The notes below the pieces were generated by a model, which was not told the DNA's origin, ran no database searches, and worked only from the letters and a program-made list of their open reading frames with translations. DNA of 62,338 bases, filler included, from Dugesia japonica (Eukaryota), in the NCBI GenBank assembly GCA_001938525.1. It is 5 parts of 5 records of this genome, joined end to end, with 100 filler letters (N's around TTAATTAATTAA, not from the genome) between each part and the next. Parts side by side here need not be neighbours in the genome. Positions count along the whole stretch, not along the records: positions 1 to 10,917 come from MQRL01586112.1; positions 11,018 to 19,525 come from MQRL01636841.1; 3 more parts are not named here. The stretch is one strand, 5' to 3'. Made by a program: the position numbers and the translations under genes. Of this stretch, positions 1 to 12,900 are shown in pieces (positions within the stretch are counted from its first letter, which is position 1; every line of letters starts with the position of its first letter).

Positions 1-1539
1 GAGAATTTTACCAAGTGATACTGCAATGACTTTTGAACAAAATTTCAAGATTTATACAGGATTATGCAGATTCATGTGATTACTTTTGTATAAAAATGCA
101 CCTGCACGTGCTTTACTTACCGTTTCGCGATTTTTCGCGAAGAAAATGATTTCCATTATCAAATCCACCATATTCAATCGATCTAGCTCTGAGCGAATAG
201 TTTATATTACCGAATCTCAAAACGACACTTAAGGGAATGCATTTTGATAATAATTCTAATAATAACAATACTACTAATAATAATATTAATAATAATAAAT
301 TGCTAAATGTAAATACCTTAAGCATTTTCCATTACAAGTGTTGATGACAAACTTATCTTTCATAACAATNNNNNNNNNNNNNNNNNNNNNNNNNNNNNNN
401 NNNNNNNNNNNNNNNNNNNNNNNNNNNNNNNNNATTCAATAGAATTATTTAACATTTTTCCAAACATTTCATTACTTTCTTTTTCTTTCAAATTTAGTAA
501 TTTGATGTAGCACCACATAAATACATTATTAATTTGATTTGTGATTAAATAATTATGTCTGTGAAATTTGAGAAAATTTTCAAATTTCATTAATTAAAAT
601 TGTTAAAGAAAATAATTGATGAGAATAATTAATTATAAATAAAACAAGATATTTATTTTTTGAATTATTCGTGAGACTATNNNNNNNNNNNNNNNNNNNN
701 NNNNNNNNNNNNNNNNNNNNNNNNNNNNNNNNNNNNNNNNNNNNNNNNNNNNNNNNNNNNNNNNNNNNNNNNNNNNNNNNNNNNNNNNNNNNNNNNNNNN
801 NNNNNNNNNNNNCTATTTTTACTACACTCGAACATTTTAGACGAGAGAAAGTGAATAGTGGATAAATTGTAGCTGAGAAATGTAAATTATTATTTACTAA
901 ATCGAATTATTATTAACAAAAGTCGCTTCCAATAATCATCAAAACTCATCGATCATCCAAAATAAGGAAGAAAAATCTATTATCCAACTTTATCAAAGAA
1001 AATAAAATAAAATTAATAGGTAGATGCTAGCGCACTGGAAGACGTTATGGTATCGTCTGAATCGTTATGACGCAAATCTTATGATGCAATTATGTGTTCA
1101 ATGAAGCGTGATTGTGAAAAGTTATTAAAAATAACAGAATAAAAGCTTGCTTCACCAAAAAGTTTGATCGGATCAAGTAGATCTTGGTATGATTCCATAG
1201 AAAATTAATTACTATCTATACATTACCTAACGTTAGGTGGTCAAATAATACTTTGTTATCAAGATTTAGGGTTTTACGCACTGAACCAATTTAATGATAA
1301 TAAAGACTTTAAAACGCTATTTAAATATACGTTTTTGTATAATAATAATTGTAATCTTCAGATACAAGTTAATTCTTTACTGAAAAAATATTTATTTCTT
1401 TTTTTCATTTTTTTTAAAAATTCTTATTTATCAAAAAAATCTGATTATGTAAACAATTTTAAATCATATAAATTAAAAACATTCAATAAAGATTTAGAGA
1501 GACCAGTTTGAACATTAATTTTTGGATCAATTGATCTAA

Positions 1540-2231
1540 TCATCAATGCTTCACAAATGACTCTCTCCTAATAATCTTTAAAGTTGTTGCACAAAATTTT
1601 AAAATTATTTATACTGATGTAAAATTAATATCATGTTAAGCAATATTACTTCCACTACCAACTCGACGATGTTATTGAGTTCCTGTACTGATATGACATG
1701 AAGTCTTTCCAATGTACGTGGCAATACACCCATTCTATTCATATTTATAAACAAAATCAGAACACAATTGAATACTAAATATATTTATGATTTCATAATA
1801 TCGCGAAACAATTTTAAAATTCCAAGAGTCATTTCTATATTTTAATAACCCACTCTAAAATTGTTTAAATCCTTCTAAATATGGAATATAGTTAATACGT
1901 AACTAAACTTATCTTTCTTATTTGTGTCTTAGTTAATATTTTTACAATTTAAATTATTATTATCATTATTATTGACATCTTTAATTTCATTTTTATTTTT
2001 ATAAACGATCTTATCAATTGTTTCACTATTTAATTTCTCAACAATTGATTTACAATAACAATTTTTTAGTAAAGATGTTAAACTTTGAATTTTAGCACAA
2101 GACTTCCAATATGAAAAAGAAAGAGTACACGATCTATACAACAATCTTTTAATCGTGTCATACCTGTATAAAGCTTCACAAAAACTAGAAGAATATGTAT
2201 ACAATTGGTTTGTGATAAAGTTTTGTTTCAA
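1540..2231 (-). mobile_element. Possible heavily decayed MULE-like transposase remnant
   Basis: Fragmented minus-strand frames with an (R/E)xNNIVE-W-like motif near 1660-1690 resembling the MULE RTNNxxE motif; many stops. Confidence 0.3.
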
Positions 2232-4429
2232 AATGTCTGGACTTTCTTTCTATTTATAATTCAAGGAAAGAAAGTATACATTTACGTTCCATTTCTGTAG
2301 TGAATTTATTGTTGCTATGTAATGAATTCATATAATTTAGGAATGGGTCAATTTCTACTTGGTTATTAAAAACCAGAAATATATAACCCACATAGCATTT
2401 ATACACTAGTAATTTATTTACAATAAACAAATAAATCCTTTCCTCAATATTCGACAAAAACAAAAATGCTAAAGTAGGACCAAAAGATGAATCAATATCA
2501 ACTTCATCAACTTGTTTGTACTATTCATCATTAAACAAAAAATGTATATATATTAGACGTAACAAAGATAAAAAATAGTTATATATATAATGAAATAATA
2601 ATTTATACCAAAACATTTTAGCACCATTGCACTCAGCATTAAAAATTACCTATACATTGTTTCATCGAAAAATGTACCATACCTCCTTTAACCGATGAAA
2701 TGATGTAGAAATGTGGTTTTCACATTTAGATAGAAAATTAAAAAGTAAGATAGAAACGCATCGATACAAAATTTATGAAAATGCTTTCTTTCAATTNAAA
2801 ATAGCGGCTAAAGGTACATATCGATTTTTTTAGGTAAAATTTCATTTAAAATCCTATTTTTTGGTCAAACTTAATATTTTGCATGCAAAATAAGATGGTG
2901 AACACAATGAAGTAGTTTTAAGTTTAGTTAGATGTAAGGGTAAAAAGTTATCAACGATTTAAAATTTTAAAAATTTCAAAACATTGGTGTCCTTCAACGT
3001 TTCCCATTACACTTATCAATTATTTGAAACCATGTGATAAAGAATTAAAGGTAGAATATATTTCATTTATAAATTTTTAAATACAAATGTTTTCCAAACC
3101 GATAAAAAACAACGTTTGGCTCTACGGTGGGCGGTTCCAATTTTGCGAATAAAAACAACCATCATACAGTTAAAAATCGAAAACCATCTATACATATCAA
3201 AGGTTTGATGAAAAATGCTTAATTCATATCGAAAATTAAGAAAATTGTAGTAGGTAGAAAGTTTACCATGACACCAAATAAAATCATCACTATTAAAATT
3301 ACCATTCAAACAAGTATATGCATGCTATTATAGCAAACTTGGTATCGTTGGACTTGAAAAAGCTTAGGGAACATAACTATTATCTCAGAATGTCAATCTG
3401 ATGTGTTAGTCACGGGTTATTAATGATTTAAACGTTTAAAGTTTAAAAGTCGCAGACAGACTCAAATTTTTATTCTCTAGACTTAAATTTGATACTATTG
3501 AGTACACAATTAAAAAATACCTATACATTATCTGATGAAAATGAGCATTATATCCAATGAACATTATCTTATGGAAAAATGTATAATTTAGCAGAAAATC
3601 ACATATGAAAAAACAAAGGACTTTTAAAAAATATTTTTAAAATGGATTTTTGACATTAGTTTTTAATCAAAATGTATAAAAATTGATATCATTAGAATGG
3701 TAATTTTATGGGGTTTTGTATGGTAATTATATATGTGTTATAAGGTAGTTATAGGATTTATAGAGTAATTATATGCTTTTATATGTGCTTATTGATCAAT
3801 TATCCAAAAATTGCATAGATTTTAATGAAGCGTTTCCAGATGTCATGTAGTTATTGTAAAAGATTAACCAGAGATCCGGTAATTATTTCAAAACGTTACT
3901 AGAGATATGTTAATTTTTTCAAAAAAATGAATAGAAATTGTAATATCTTAATTGAAAAATAAAAGTTATTCTTATCTGATTAATTGAAATTTTATTTTAG
4001 AATTATTCTTATTTAATTTTATAACTGCAAATTATAAGAATTTTCCTCTTTATAATTGATTTTTAATTATTATTGAAAATTTGTAATTTAATTTAATTAT
4101 TTAATGTAGGTAGCATCTATAATTTATTTACTTTTTTAAATTAATATTGTATTATATTTGATTCGATTTAATAAAAAAATATATTTGTTTTAATGTTATT
4201 TGATAAACGCCTTAATTTTTTAAGTTAAACTTTCAAAGCAAGTAAGTATTTTTTGATATTATTTGATTTATGTTTTTTTATCTTAGAATTTGAAGATTAT
4301 GAAGATGTTTATGAAATTAAATGACGAAGAAAATGTTGAATTGATTCAAATTAAGAAGAAATAAATANTTGAGAAATNGATAATTGAAATTAATATGAAA
4401 TTTAATGAAGATGAAATTATTTAAGGTAA

Positions 4430-4820
4430 GCGATTGATTATTATTATTAATTGATTATTATTATTATTGATTTATTATTATTATTTGATTATTAATTTGT
4501 TTTTATTATTATTGATTTATTATTATTATTATTTGATTATTAATTTGTTTTTATTATTATTCATTTAATTTTATTATTAATTATTGTTTTTCATTTAATT
4601 AATGATTATTATCCATTAATTATCATTTTATTATTAATATCTAATTATTTTTTATTACACATTTTTAATTATTATTCTTCCTTTTTACTATTATTAACCG
4701 TTTATTATTATTATTTGATTAAATATTAATATTATTGATTAAATATTATTGTATTGTAATTAGTCATTTACTATTTTATTTGATTATTTTGATGATATAT
4801 TATTACTATTATTATTAATA
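4430..4820. repeat. Degenerate (ATT)n low-complexity tract
   Basis: Repeated ttattatta/ttgatt units. Confidence 0.8.
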
Positions 4821-6158
4821 AACCATATAAAAATTAGCATTGCTTTTCTTGGAGATATTAAACGTTTTCTTGAGTAAGCAGTTAATATTAGTAAGCCAAG
4901 AAATAATTTAATGACGGATCAACTAATAGTATGAGACAGAGGGCATCTAATGTTGGGTGCAGCCAACCAACCAATTACCGAAATTGACAAATCCTGAGGA
5001 AAGATTCAACCAAATCGCCCAAAGCTTACCTAAAACTGACAACGTCTACCCAAACTGACCAATTTCGAGGAAATATTCAACTATATTCACCTGAACCAAC
5101 CAAAAATTGACTTCATTCGACCTTACTGAATAAATTCCCAACTAAAAAGCCTAAAAAAAATTTTTCCGCTTAGGAATTTTCCAACTAAAACCACTGGAAA
5201 AAATAACCTCTCTTAATCCTTTTAAATAAAACTTCACCGATGAAATTAATCTCATGACATAATTTGTGTGCAAAACATTTTCCCAACTAAATACACAGGG
5301 AAAAAGCAATCTCTCTGACATAATATTACCTAATGATGCAATTTATGATGTCATTTTTAATTTCCCTACTAAATGCATTAGGATTAAGTTTCATTACGTC
5401 ACGGGAGGCTACTGAATGTGTGTGGAAGCTGTCTGCCACTATCCGTCTACCCTGGTATATACAGTTACTGTATTAAAATTTATGAACTAATTTTTTACAG
5501 GATTGATAATATTTTTCCGTATGATTGAGCCGTATTGAAAACACAGCGAAACCGCAGTTTGGCCACCGTGGTTCTATAACATTGTAAAATTGAATTAAAT
5601 GATTGTTATTATTATTAGTTAAATTAAAAACTTCACAACTTTCTATAAGTTTTATTTATTATCACAATTGTTTNATTCAAGTTAAAAATATGTTAGAATA
5701 ATTGATTGTCGTTTTACAAATAATCCATATCAAAGAATTTAAAATTGTATATTTAAAAATATCGATTTTCAAAAAAATACACATATTACAAATTTTTACT
5801 GTTTTTTAAAAAATCGGTAATATAAATATTTCAAAAAATATAACTATAATTATAAAGATAATTTTATTAAAAATAATTTTTATACAATACAATATTAAAA
5901 TTGTTTAAACCAATTTAAATTTTCAGAAAAAAACTTTCGACATAAAATGTCTTCAATTTTTAAATCTCTTACATACTTTGTGTTTAATATAAAATATTCT
6001 AAATAATTTTTAAAATTATTTGAAGAATTAGTTTTAATACTACATAATACTATATAAAATGTTCCAAATTATTTAATTAAAAAAATTCTCAAGATATGCA
6101 TCATTTATGAATTACTGTTATATCAGATTATTAAGAAACATGTGTCAATTAAAAAGTC

Positions 6159-6235
6159 TATTCCTGACGAAATATAGAATTATTATCAAAAACCAAAAAA
6201 AATTTTGATCGAAGCTTTGATTTTAATGTATTCTG
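6159..6235 (+). repeat. Penelope-type terminal repeat copy with a deleted hammerhead (stem II lost)
   Basis: ttcctgacgaaatatagaattattat..aaaaccaaaa..aaattttgatcgaag matches 10331-10412 but lacks the 12 nt tgaagacaaagt. Confidence 0.65.
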
Positions 6236-6949
6236 AAAAAACGATCAATGCTTTCTTTCAACAATTATTCTCGCAATAATTGCAATTTTAAAAGTGTCCA
6301 TTGGACTGGAAAACTTTTTCATGAATAAAAAATAAGTAATATCTTAAAATGTTTTAAAAACGAAATAAATATTTAATTGGTAGATTAATTTGCTAATTAT
6401 ATTCATTCCAATTAATGGAAATATTTGATATTTCTTGGATATATTTTATTCTGGTATTAATATTAATATTTGCAAGGTTTCGTTGTTAGAATATTTTTAT
6501 CACCATATTTTATGGTTTCTTTGATAATACTTTTATAAATCTCAGATATTGTGCCAAAATATTTTATTAAAAAAATTATCAATTAAGAATCTAATTAACC
6601 TTACTTTTATGTAAAAATAAGTAAAGAAAGTATTAGTCAATTAGTCTTAGTAAAAATGATTACAATGAAGAATTTCAAATTTTCATGTCTTCAAAATTCT
6701 CAACAAACCGGAATTAGAATTATAATTTTATGAGTACTTCTAGACTTTTCATTTAATTGAAATTCAAACTAATGCAAGTTCTATTTTTAGTTAATTTTTT
6801 AATTAAGGGTGGAATTTGAAAATCGCAAATGAAAGCATTATTTAATTCTATGATGCCTGAATTTTAAAAGTAAGTAAAATTTATTTTTTTTGTTTTATTT
6901 TAGGTTTCCGTAATTTTGAGAAAATTAAAATTAAAGTTATATTTTATGA

Positions 6950-7225
6950 TATTATATTATATNNNNNNNNNNNNNNNNNNNNNNNNNNNNNNNNNNNNNN
7001 NNNNNNNNNNNNNNNNNNNNNNNNNNNNNNNNNNNNNNNNNNNNNNNNNNNNNNNNNNNNNNNNNNNNNNNNNNNNNNNNNNNNNNNNNNNNNNTATATT
7101 ATATTATATTAAATTATATTATATTATATTATATTATACTATATATTATATAATACTATATTTTATTATAGAATATTGTATTATATTATATTATCTTATA
7201 TTATACTATATTATATTATATTATA
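6950..7225. repeat. (TATAT)n-like microsatellite spanning an N gap
   Basis: atattatattat repeats either side of the gap; explains the spurious ILYY ORF. Confidence 0.9.
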
Positions 7226-7329
7226 GTCAAATATATTTAGATTTTAAATTATTTTTCATTTCTTTACGTATTTCATTTTTCAATTCCTGTAATTGGATTT
7301 TATTTTGCAGAAATTTATGTTTTTCCTAA

Positions 7330-8248
7330 TTTTTAAACAAAAAGAATTTATTCATTTGCTTGGAGATAGGAAAATGTACTGAGGATTTATTTTTAAGAGC
7401 AAACAATTAAACGTTTCTTTCACCATAGATGATAGATTTTCAATTCTTTTACGATATTATTAATATTAGTTTAGAAATCCTTGAGTTTATTTGTATTATA
7501 TTGGTATAAATTTTTCTTCTTTAACATAATAAATAAACTAGAATAATTCAAAAGGTTATATAATACTTTAAAATTATAAGTAGCTAAACAATAATAATTT
7601 GTTTATTGAATTAAATACAATAAACATATTAAAAGATTGCTGATTATATGCTCTCTCTTGCATAACAAAATTTATCAGTCTTCTCTTACACACAGCTGCC
7701 AGTACAGAAATATTTTTACTTCTTATTGCCCTAATAATGTTTCTTGGTGTTGTATTGATTAAACTTCTTCCATATTTTTGTCTTGAAGAGCAACTTACTT
7801 TAAACTCATCCAGAAATATCACCTTATCTTCATCATAAGTTAGTATTTTCAATATTACTTTCTGAATTTCTTTGACGAGGAATTAATTGTATTCTTTTAT
7901 AAGAATAATTTAATATTGTTATTGAATTATTAATGGTACTTAAACTAGCTTTAATATTAAGTTCGGATTGTAAATTATTTTTTCACTCATTTAAAGTTAT
8001 CGAAACCACTTCTTCTAATGCTGATCGAATAAATTTTTATCTTTTTCAGTTATAATTTTAGTTTTAGCTTGTTGATTACACTTAGCTGAAATTCTGCCAG
8101 TAGTTTTTTAAAGTCTTATAACCAAATTTACCGTTTTATAATTCAATTCAGGTTCCGAAGCTATTTGAGAAGGAGTTTTATCATCATCATATTGCTTGAA
8201 AATATGGGATCTGATATCTTCTGTGAGCTCGAAATAATGTTTTCCATT
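7330..8248 (-). mobile_element. IS630/Tc1-like DDE transposase pseudogene
   Basis: VIFLDE..S.S.RQKYGRS..NTTP.....RSKNISVLAAV...LINF....AYN..SF; upstream HTH-like IFKQYDDDKTPSQIA; frameshifts and stops. Confidence 0.75.
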
Positions 8249-8689
8249 TTATATTATTTAAATATTTACTAAATTTTGAAAGTATTAAACAAAATTGCAA
8301 AAGAATTAAATTAAGTTGAAAACCCTGTAATTGATAATTGAATTAATTTGTAATGCAAGACAAATGACGGAATTACTGTGACAGACTTTGTATGAATAAA
8401 GATTTTTTATTAATAAATTTGTTTTTAAAGTAAATATAAATAAAAATTGATCAAAATCAAAAAAACGTAGCTGCAATTTATTTTTCAATCATTTCATTTT
8501 TTTAAGTAGATGTAATAAAATATGAATAAATAGGCCAAAATGATAGAATTTGTTATACTTTATTGGGAATTTTACTATTTTAAAAATAGACCGAACAGTA
8601 CTTTCTATATTTAAAATGTTCTAAAACCGGGCGTCAGTTTTGTTTTACTATTTTTCATTTACAAACTAAAACCATTAATAATTCAACCT

Positions 8690-9530
8690 TTATTCTTAGT
8701 GAATTCTATTCTCAGAAGTGTATTTCTTACTGGTGGTCATTTAAATAATTTCACAAATTTGTATGCACTGCAAACTGTCAAATCTGTTTTCTTGCAAATC
8801 ATCTTGTTCATTCATTTATTAATCATTATTGTTATTTTCTCCGTAATCATTGGTGTATTGCAGACCGATGTTTCTAAATTTTTTTGATTTGACTTCATCA
8901 TTTTATTAATTTAAAACATTTCTATGGATACTTTGTAATGAGTTATTGTGATGTAATTGTTGAATAGCATTTTTTAATTCTAAGATTTTTTCTGAGAATT
9001 GCACTATTATTTCTGACTGCAATCAAATCTGAAAAAGCTTTTATTGAAATTGTTTTAATTGTTCTTCTGTTAANNNNNNNNNNNNNNNNNNNNNNNNNNN
9101 NNNNNNNNNNNNNNNNNNNNNNNACATCTTTCATGAATTCTAATTTGTTAATGATTTAAAGTAATTTCATTAGACTATTAACAGAAATCTAATCATATTA
9201 TATCGTATCCATTTGTTAATTGAAACACAAATTGTTGTCGGGTCCTACTTGTAATTCTTCACATTTTCTTTGAACTGCTACTTTATTATACATAATGCTA
9301 ATAATTTCAATATAGAAATAAAAANAATTTCAAACGAAGTAATTCTTTTATTTTAAGAAAATTTAGTTAAGGAATACACTTTTAAATAAATATATATTTG
9401 CTATTACCATTGATTTGTTTACTATTTCCTCCTACGTAAGTTTCACAATTTCATTTCAATATTGAAGAATTTGTACCATGCTACTTTAACTCTTTCACTA
9501 ACAAATTAAATGGTATTTGTTAAAAAAAAT
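8690..9530 (-). mobile_element. hAT-like transposase remnant
   Basis: YKFVKLFK*PPVRNTLLR resembles hAT KIVKLFKRSPxKNxxLQ; upstream decayed SINKW-like segment resembles LTLDEWTS. Confidence 0.4.
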
Positions 9531-10328
9531 ATTAGTTAGCATAAGTAAGTAGAACATCAGGCTTCATTAATGTTGTGTGTATGTTTTAACTTGACCAATT
9601 ACATCAACCAATAAATGAGTATATATTATATTCCTGAACAAAAATCAGAAAATATTTACTGACTCTGTATGACATCATGNGTAATAAAATAGATAAAGAA
9701 GGATAATTTGATCACCATTATTAGTCTTATTTTCAATCCATAAAATAATTGCAAATACTTATAGAAATTACTAATAGAAAATACTTTGCGCCGCCATTTC
9801 GTAATATTCTGTGTTCTTTTCACAAAATATTTTAGCGTTATAGTGCATAAAATTAAATCGAAAGTAAAATAATATTTAAATCTAAAAAACATACGTCTGA
9901 AATTTGCTCAGCTTAGCTCTTGTTCTAAGAAATTCTGAAAATATTACAATTTTTCAAATATATAATGCTTTTGTCACAATTGAAAGAAACATACTCGATT
10001 ATATCGATACTGTAAAGTGTTCTGAGTTTAAAATATGATAATACAAATTTTTTTGACGAATTTTATTATACTTTGGTTGATAATCCCTAACTATTGAAAA
10101 AAGTCATTCTAGCGAAAAGTAGACATTCAATTTGAAGTTACAAATAAATTGTTGTATTCACATGAAATAATTGACATTTTTATTTTTTAGTTTTAACAAA
10201 GAACATCATTTGCAGAAATTTCATAATCTCTTCCTATTTTAACTAGCTTGATTAGTTTCAAAATATGACCGTCTTTATAATATTTGTATAAAAAGGTTTA
10301 AATAAGTAATATATATATATATATTTTC

Positions 10329-10363
10329 AATTCCTGATGAAGACAAAGTCGAAATATAGAATT
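10329..10363 (+). ncRNA. Minimal type I hammerhead ribozyme of the Penelope-like-element class
   Basis: AAUUC-CUGAUGA-A-GAC-AAA-GUC-GAAA-UAUA-GAAUU: stem I AAUUC/GAAUU, intact core, 3-bp stem II, palindromic AUAU stem III, predicted cleavage after UA at 10358. Confidence 0.75.
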
Positions 10364-10917
10364 ATTATAGAAAACCAAAAAAACAAATTTTGATCGAAGA
10401 ATTTATTTTAATGAATATATATAAATAAAAATATTGAAAAAATAACAAAAACAACTAACTGTCTAAATTTTAAAAAATATAACATCCTGATTAAAATTGC
10501 TGGCTCATTTTAATTGACATTCTGTTCCAATAGCAGAGAAACAATCTCTAGGTACCATAATTTCGTGCCATATCCGGTCATCCATGTCTATAAGAACTTC
10601 TCTCAATCAGTCACTCGGAATTTTAAAATACTTAGTTTTTCATGAAGTAACTGAAATACTTTACGTTGCAGAGAAGCGAAGAAATTATCAATTAAATTTA
10701 TCAATGTTATTTTAACTATTAAATGATTGAATTTCTAAATATTTTTTATTTTTTGATCCGATGAATGAAAAAAAATATAAAAATTTAAAATATAATTAAT
10801 TTTTCGTTTGAATTTTTCTAAAAGAGAATTAATTAATTCTCTTGTTTTAAATAATAGCAAAATTTTGAACAATATTAAATTTCATTTAAATGTTAAATAT
10901 TTATGACAAAGAAAATT

Positions 10918-11017
10918 NNNNNNNNNNNNNNNNNNNNNNNNNNNNNNNNNNNNNNNNNNNNTTAATTAATTAANNNNNNNNNNNNNNNNNNNNNNNNNNN
11001 NNNNNNNNNNNNNNNNN
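10918..11017. other. Artificial scaffold-joining spacer N44-TTAATTAATTAA-N44
   Basis: Exactly 44 N + TTAATTAATTAA (stops in all six frames) + 44 N; identical at four sites. Confidence 0.97.
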
Positions 11018-12539
11018 AATTATTTAAAACAATGTTTCTAATTGTTTGTCTGAAATAGGAAATTTAATTTGAAAAGTTTAAGTATTCAAACAAATATGTG
11101 AATAGTCATTTTCATAATTTTTTCCAAATATTTAAAATTTCAAAATTTTGGTCAAGATTTTAATTATGCATACAAGTTTGAAATTAAACAATTCAAATAT
11201 CCTTCTCAAAATCCACATTTATTAATATTTTTAAGCTTTGAAATATTAAATCGATGTGCTTTATAATAAGTATAAAGAAAATTTACACGTACGAGTCTGA
11301 TTTAGTGTAATTAAAAAATGTGAATTGATGCCCACAACATACTTTCCTTGCCAAATGTGATGCACAAACCCAGAAAAATTGAACAACCCTGCACTCGAAT
11401 ATTCTATGATTTTTAATAATGAAAAAAATAATTTTACCAATTTCAAAGAATTTTTTAAAATGAATTGATAGCAATTTTTGGCACTTCACACATACAATTA
11501 TCATACATTTATTTTCAGTTCATTTTGGTAATTGCGCTTTTTCTCGGATTTTTAGTTCCAAAATTTGATTATAAATAATAATTTCTCTAGATTTATTCTT
11601 TAATTTAATCAATAGTTTTGATATAAATATTCTATTCGGCTACCGACAAGTGGTACCAAATTAAATGAAATACATAATTTTTTAATCACTATAAATTTTC
11701 TAAAATTTCATAACTTTATGGATCTTATAATTATATAAAAACACAACTAAACATCGTTCGACGTGAACCATATTTTTAGAATGGATAATCAAAAGTTGTA
11801 ATTGAGACTAAAAANNNNNNNNNNNNNNNNNNAATGACAATGATGAAAGATGTCTTAATAAATCCTGAAATATTATATATTGACAAAACTTTATGAAAAA
11901 AAGACTTCTCAATAGCTTTCTTACAGTTCGAGTTCATTATATAATTTACGAAGTACATGTTTGTATAATACCCTCTTATTTTTGCAGCCTCTATTTATCC
12001 GAAGATATTACTGAAAGATAACACTAATAAGCATTCTTCATATTTTAAAATATAAAAACACAAAACAGCCCAAGGTTTTACCTTGTAATATTTCAGGCCT
12101 GAAAGTAAATATATCAATTTTTTGTATAATTCAATTTTTTTGTATAATAGTTAAATTCAAAACTTCACAACTCTCCATAAATTGTATTTATTACAAGTGT
12201 ATTTGATTAAAATAAACATTATATCATGAATAATTCATAGTATTCAGACAAATAATATGATAATACATAAAAATTTATAAAATATTTTTAAAATATCGAC
12301 TTTTATAATTTAATGAAATATTTAATTTTACCTAAAAATTTCATTAAATAAATTAAAAATATCGACTTTTTTATTTTATGAAATCTCTAATTTTACATAA
12401 AAATTTAATAAAATATTTTAACTAATAATTTCATATAAAAATTAAAAATATCGATTTAATTTTATGGAATATTTTATTTTACATGTTTTAAAAATAAATT
12501 TAAATATTATATATATATATATATATAAATTAAAGAAAG

Positions 12540-12900
12540 ATTTCTCAGATATTTAAATCCATGAATAATTTTTACTATTCTTTAATATTTTGTTCAAAAT
12601 TTCAATATTTAATAAGAAAATTAGAACTTTTCTGAAAACTTCAAATCAATTTGATTATTACTATTGATATATTTTTGTCATTAATGATATTTAAACGCTA
12701 AAACATAGATTGATTTTAACTGTAGGTTGTTCAATCAAAATCAAAATCAGGATTTGGATTAGAATGTACACTAAAACTGCAGCCAGGAATGCAAGTTCCA
12801 GTTCACTTAAATATTGATCATTTATTTGATGGAAAAGTCTCAAATAGAAATCAAGGTTATTATTAAATAGATTTTGAGATATTTTGAAATATTTGGAATA
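12540..12900 (-). pseudogene. Probable nuclear hormone receptor ligand-binding-domain fragment (helices 7-10), frameshifted
   Basis: FYLRLFHQINDQYLSELELAFLAAVLVY then, across frameshifts, NPD, LQLKSIYVLAFKYH and VFRKVLIFLLNIEILNK; follows the NR LBD pattern F..L..L.L...E.A.L.A..L..PD..LQ..Y..AL..Y..F.KLL. Confidence 0.45.

Noticed and set aside
1-330. Possible FLYWCH/MULE N-terminal remnant
   Set aside because: Too degraded to support
4960-5400. Short dispersed repeats (ccaaactgac, cccaactaaa) as a CRISPR-like array
   Set aside because: Irregular spacing, degenerate units, eukaryotic context; ordinary TE subterminal repeats
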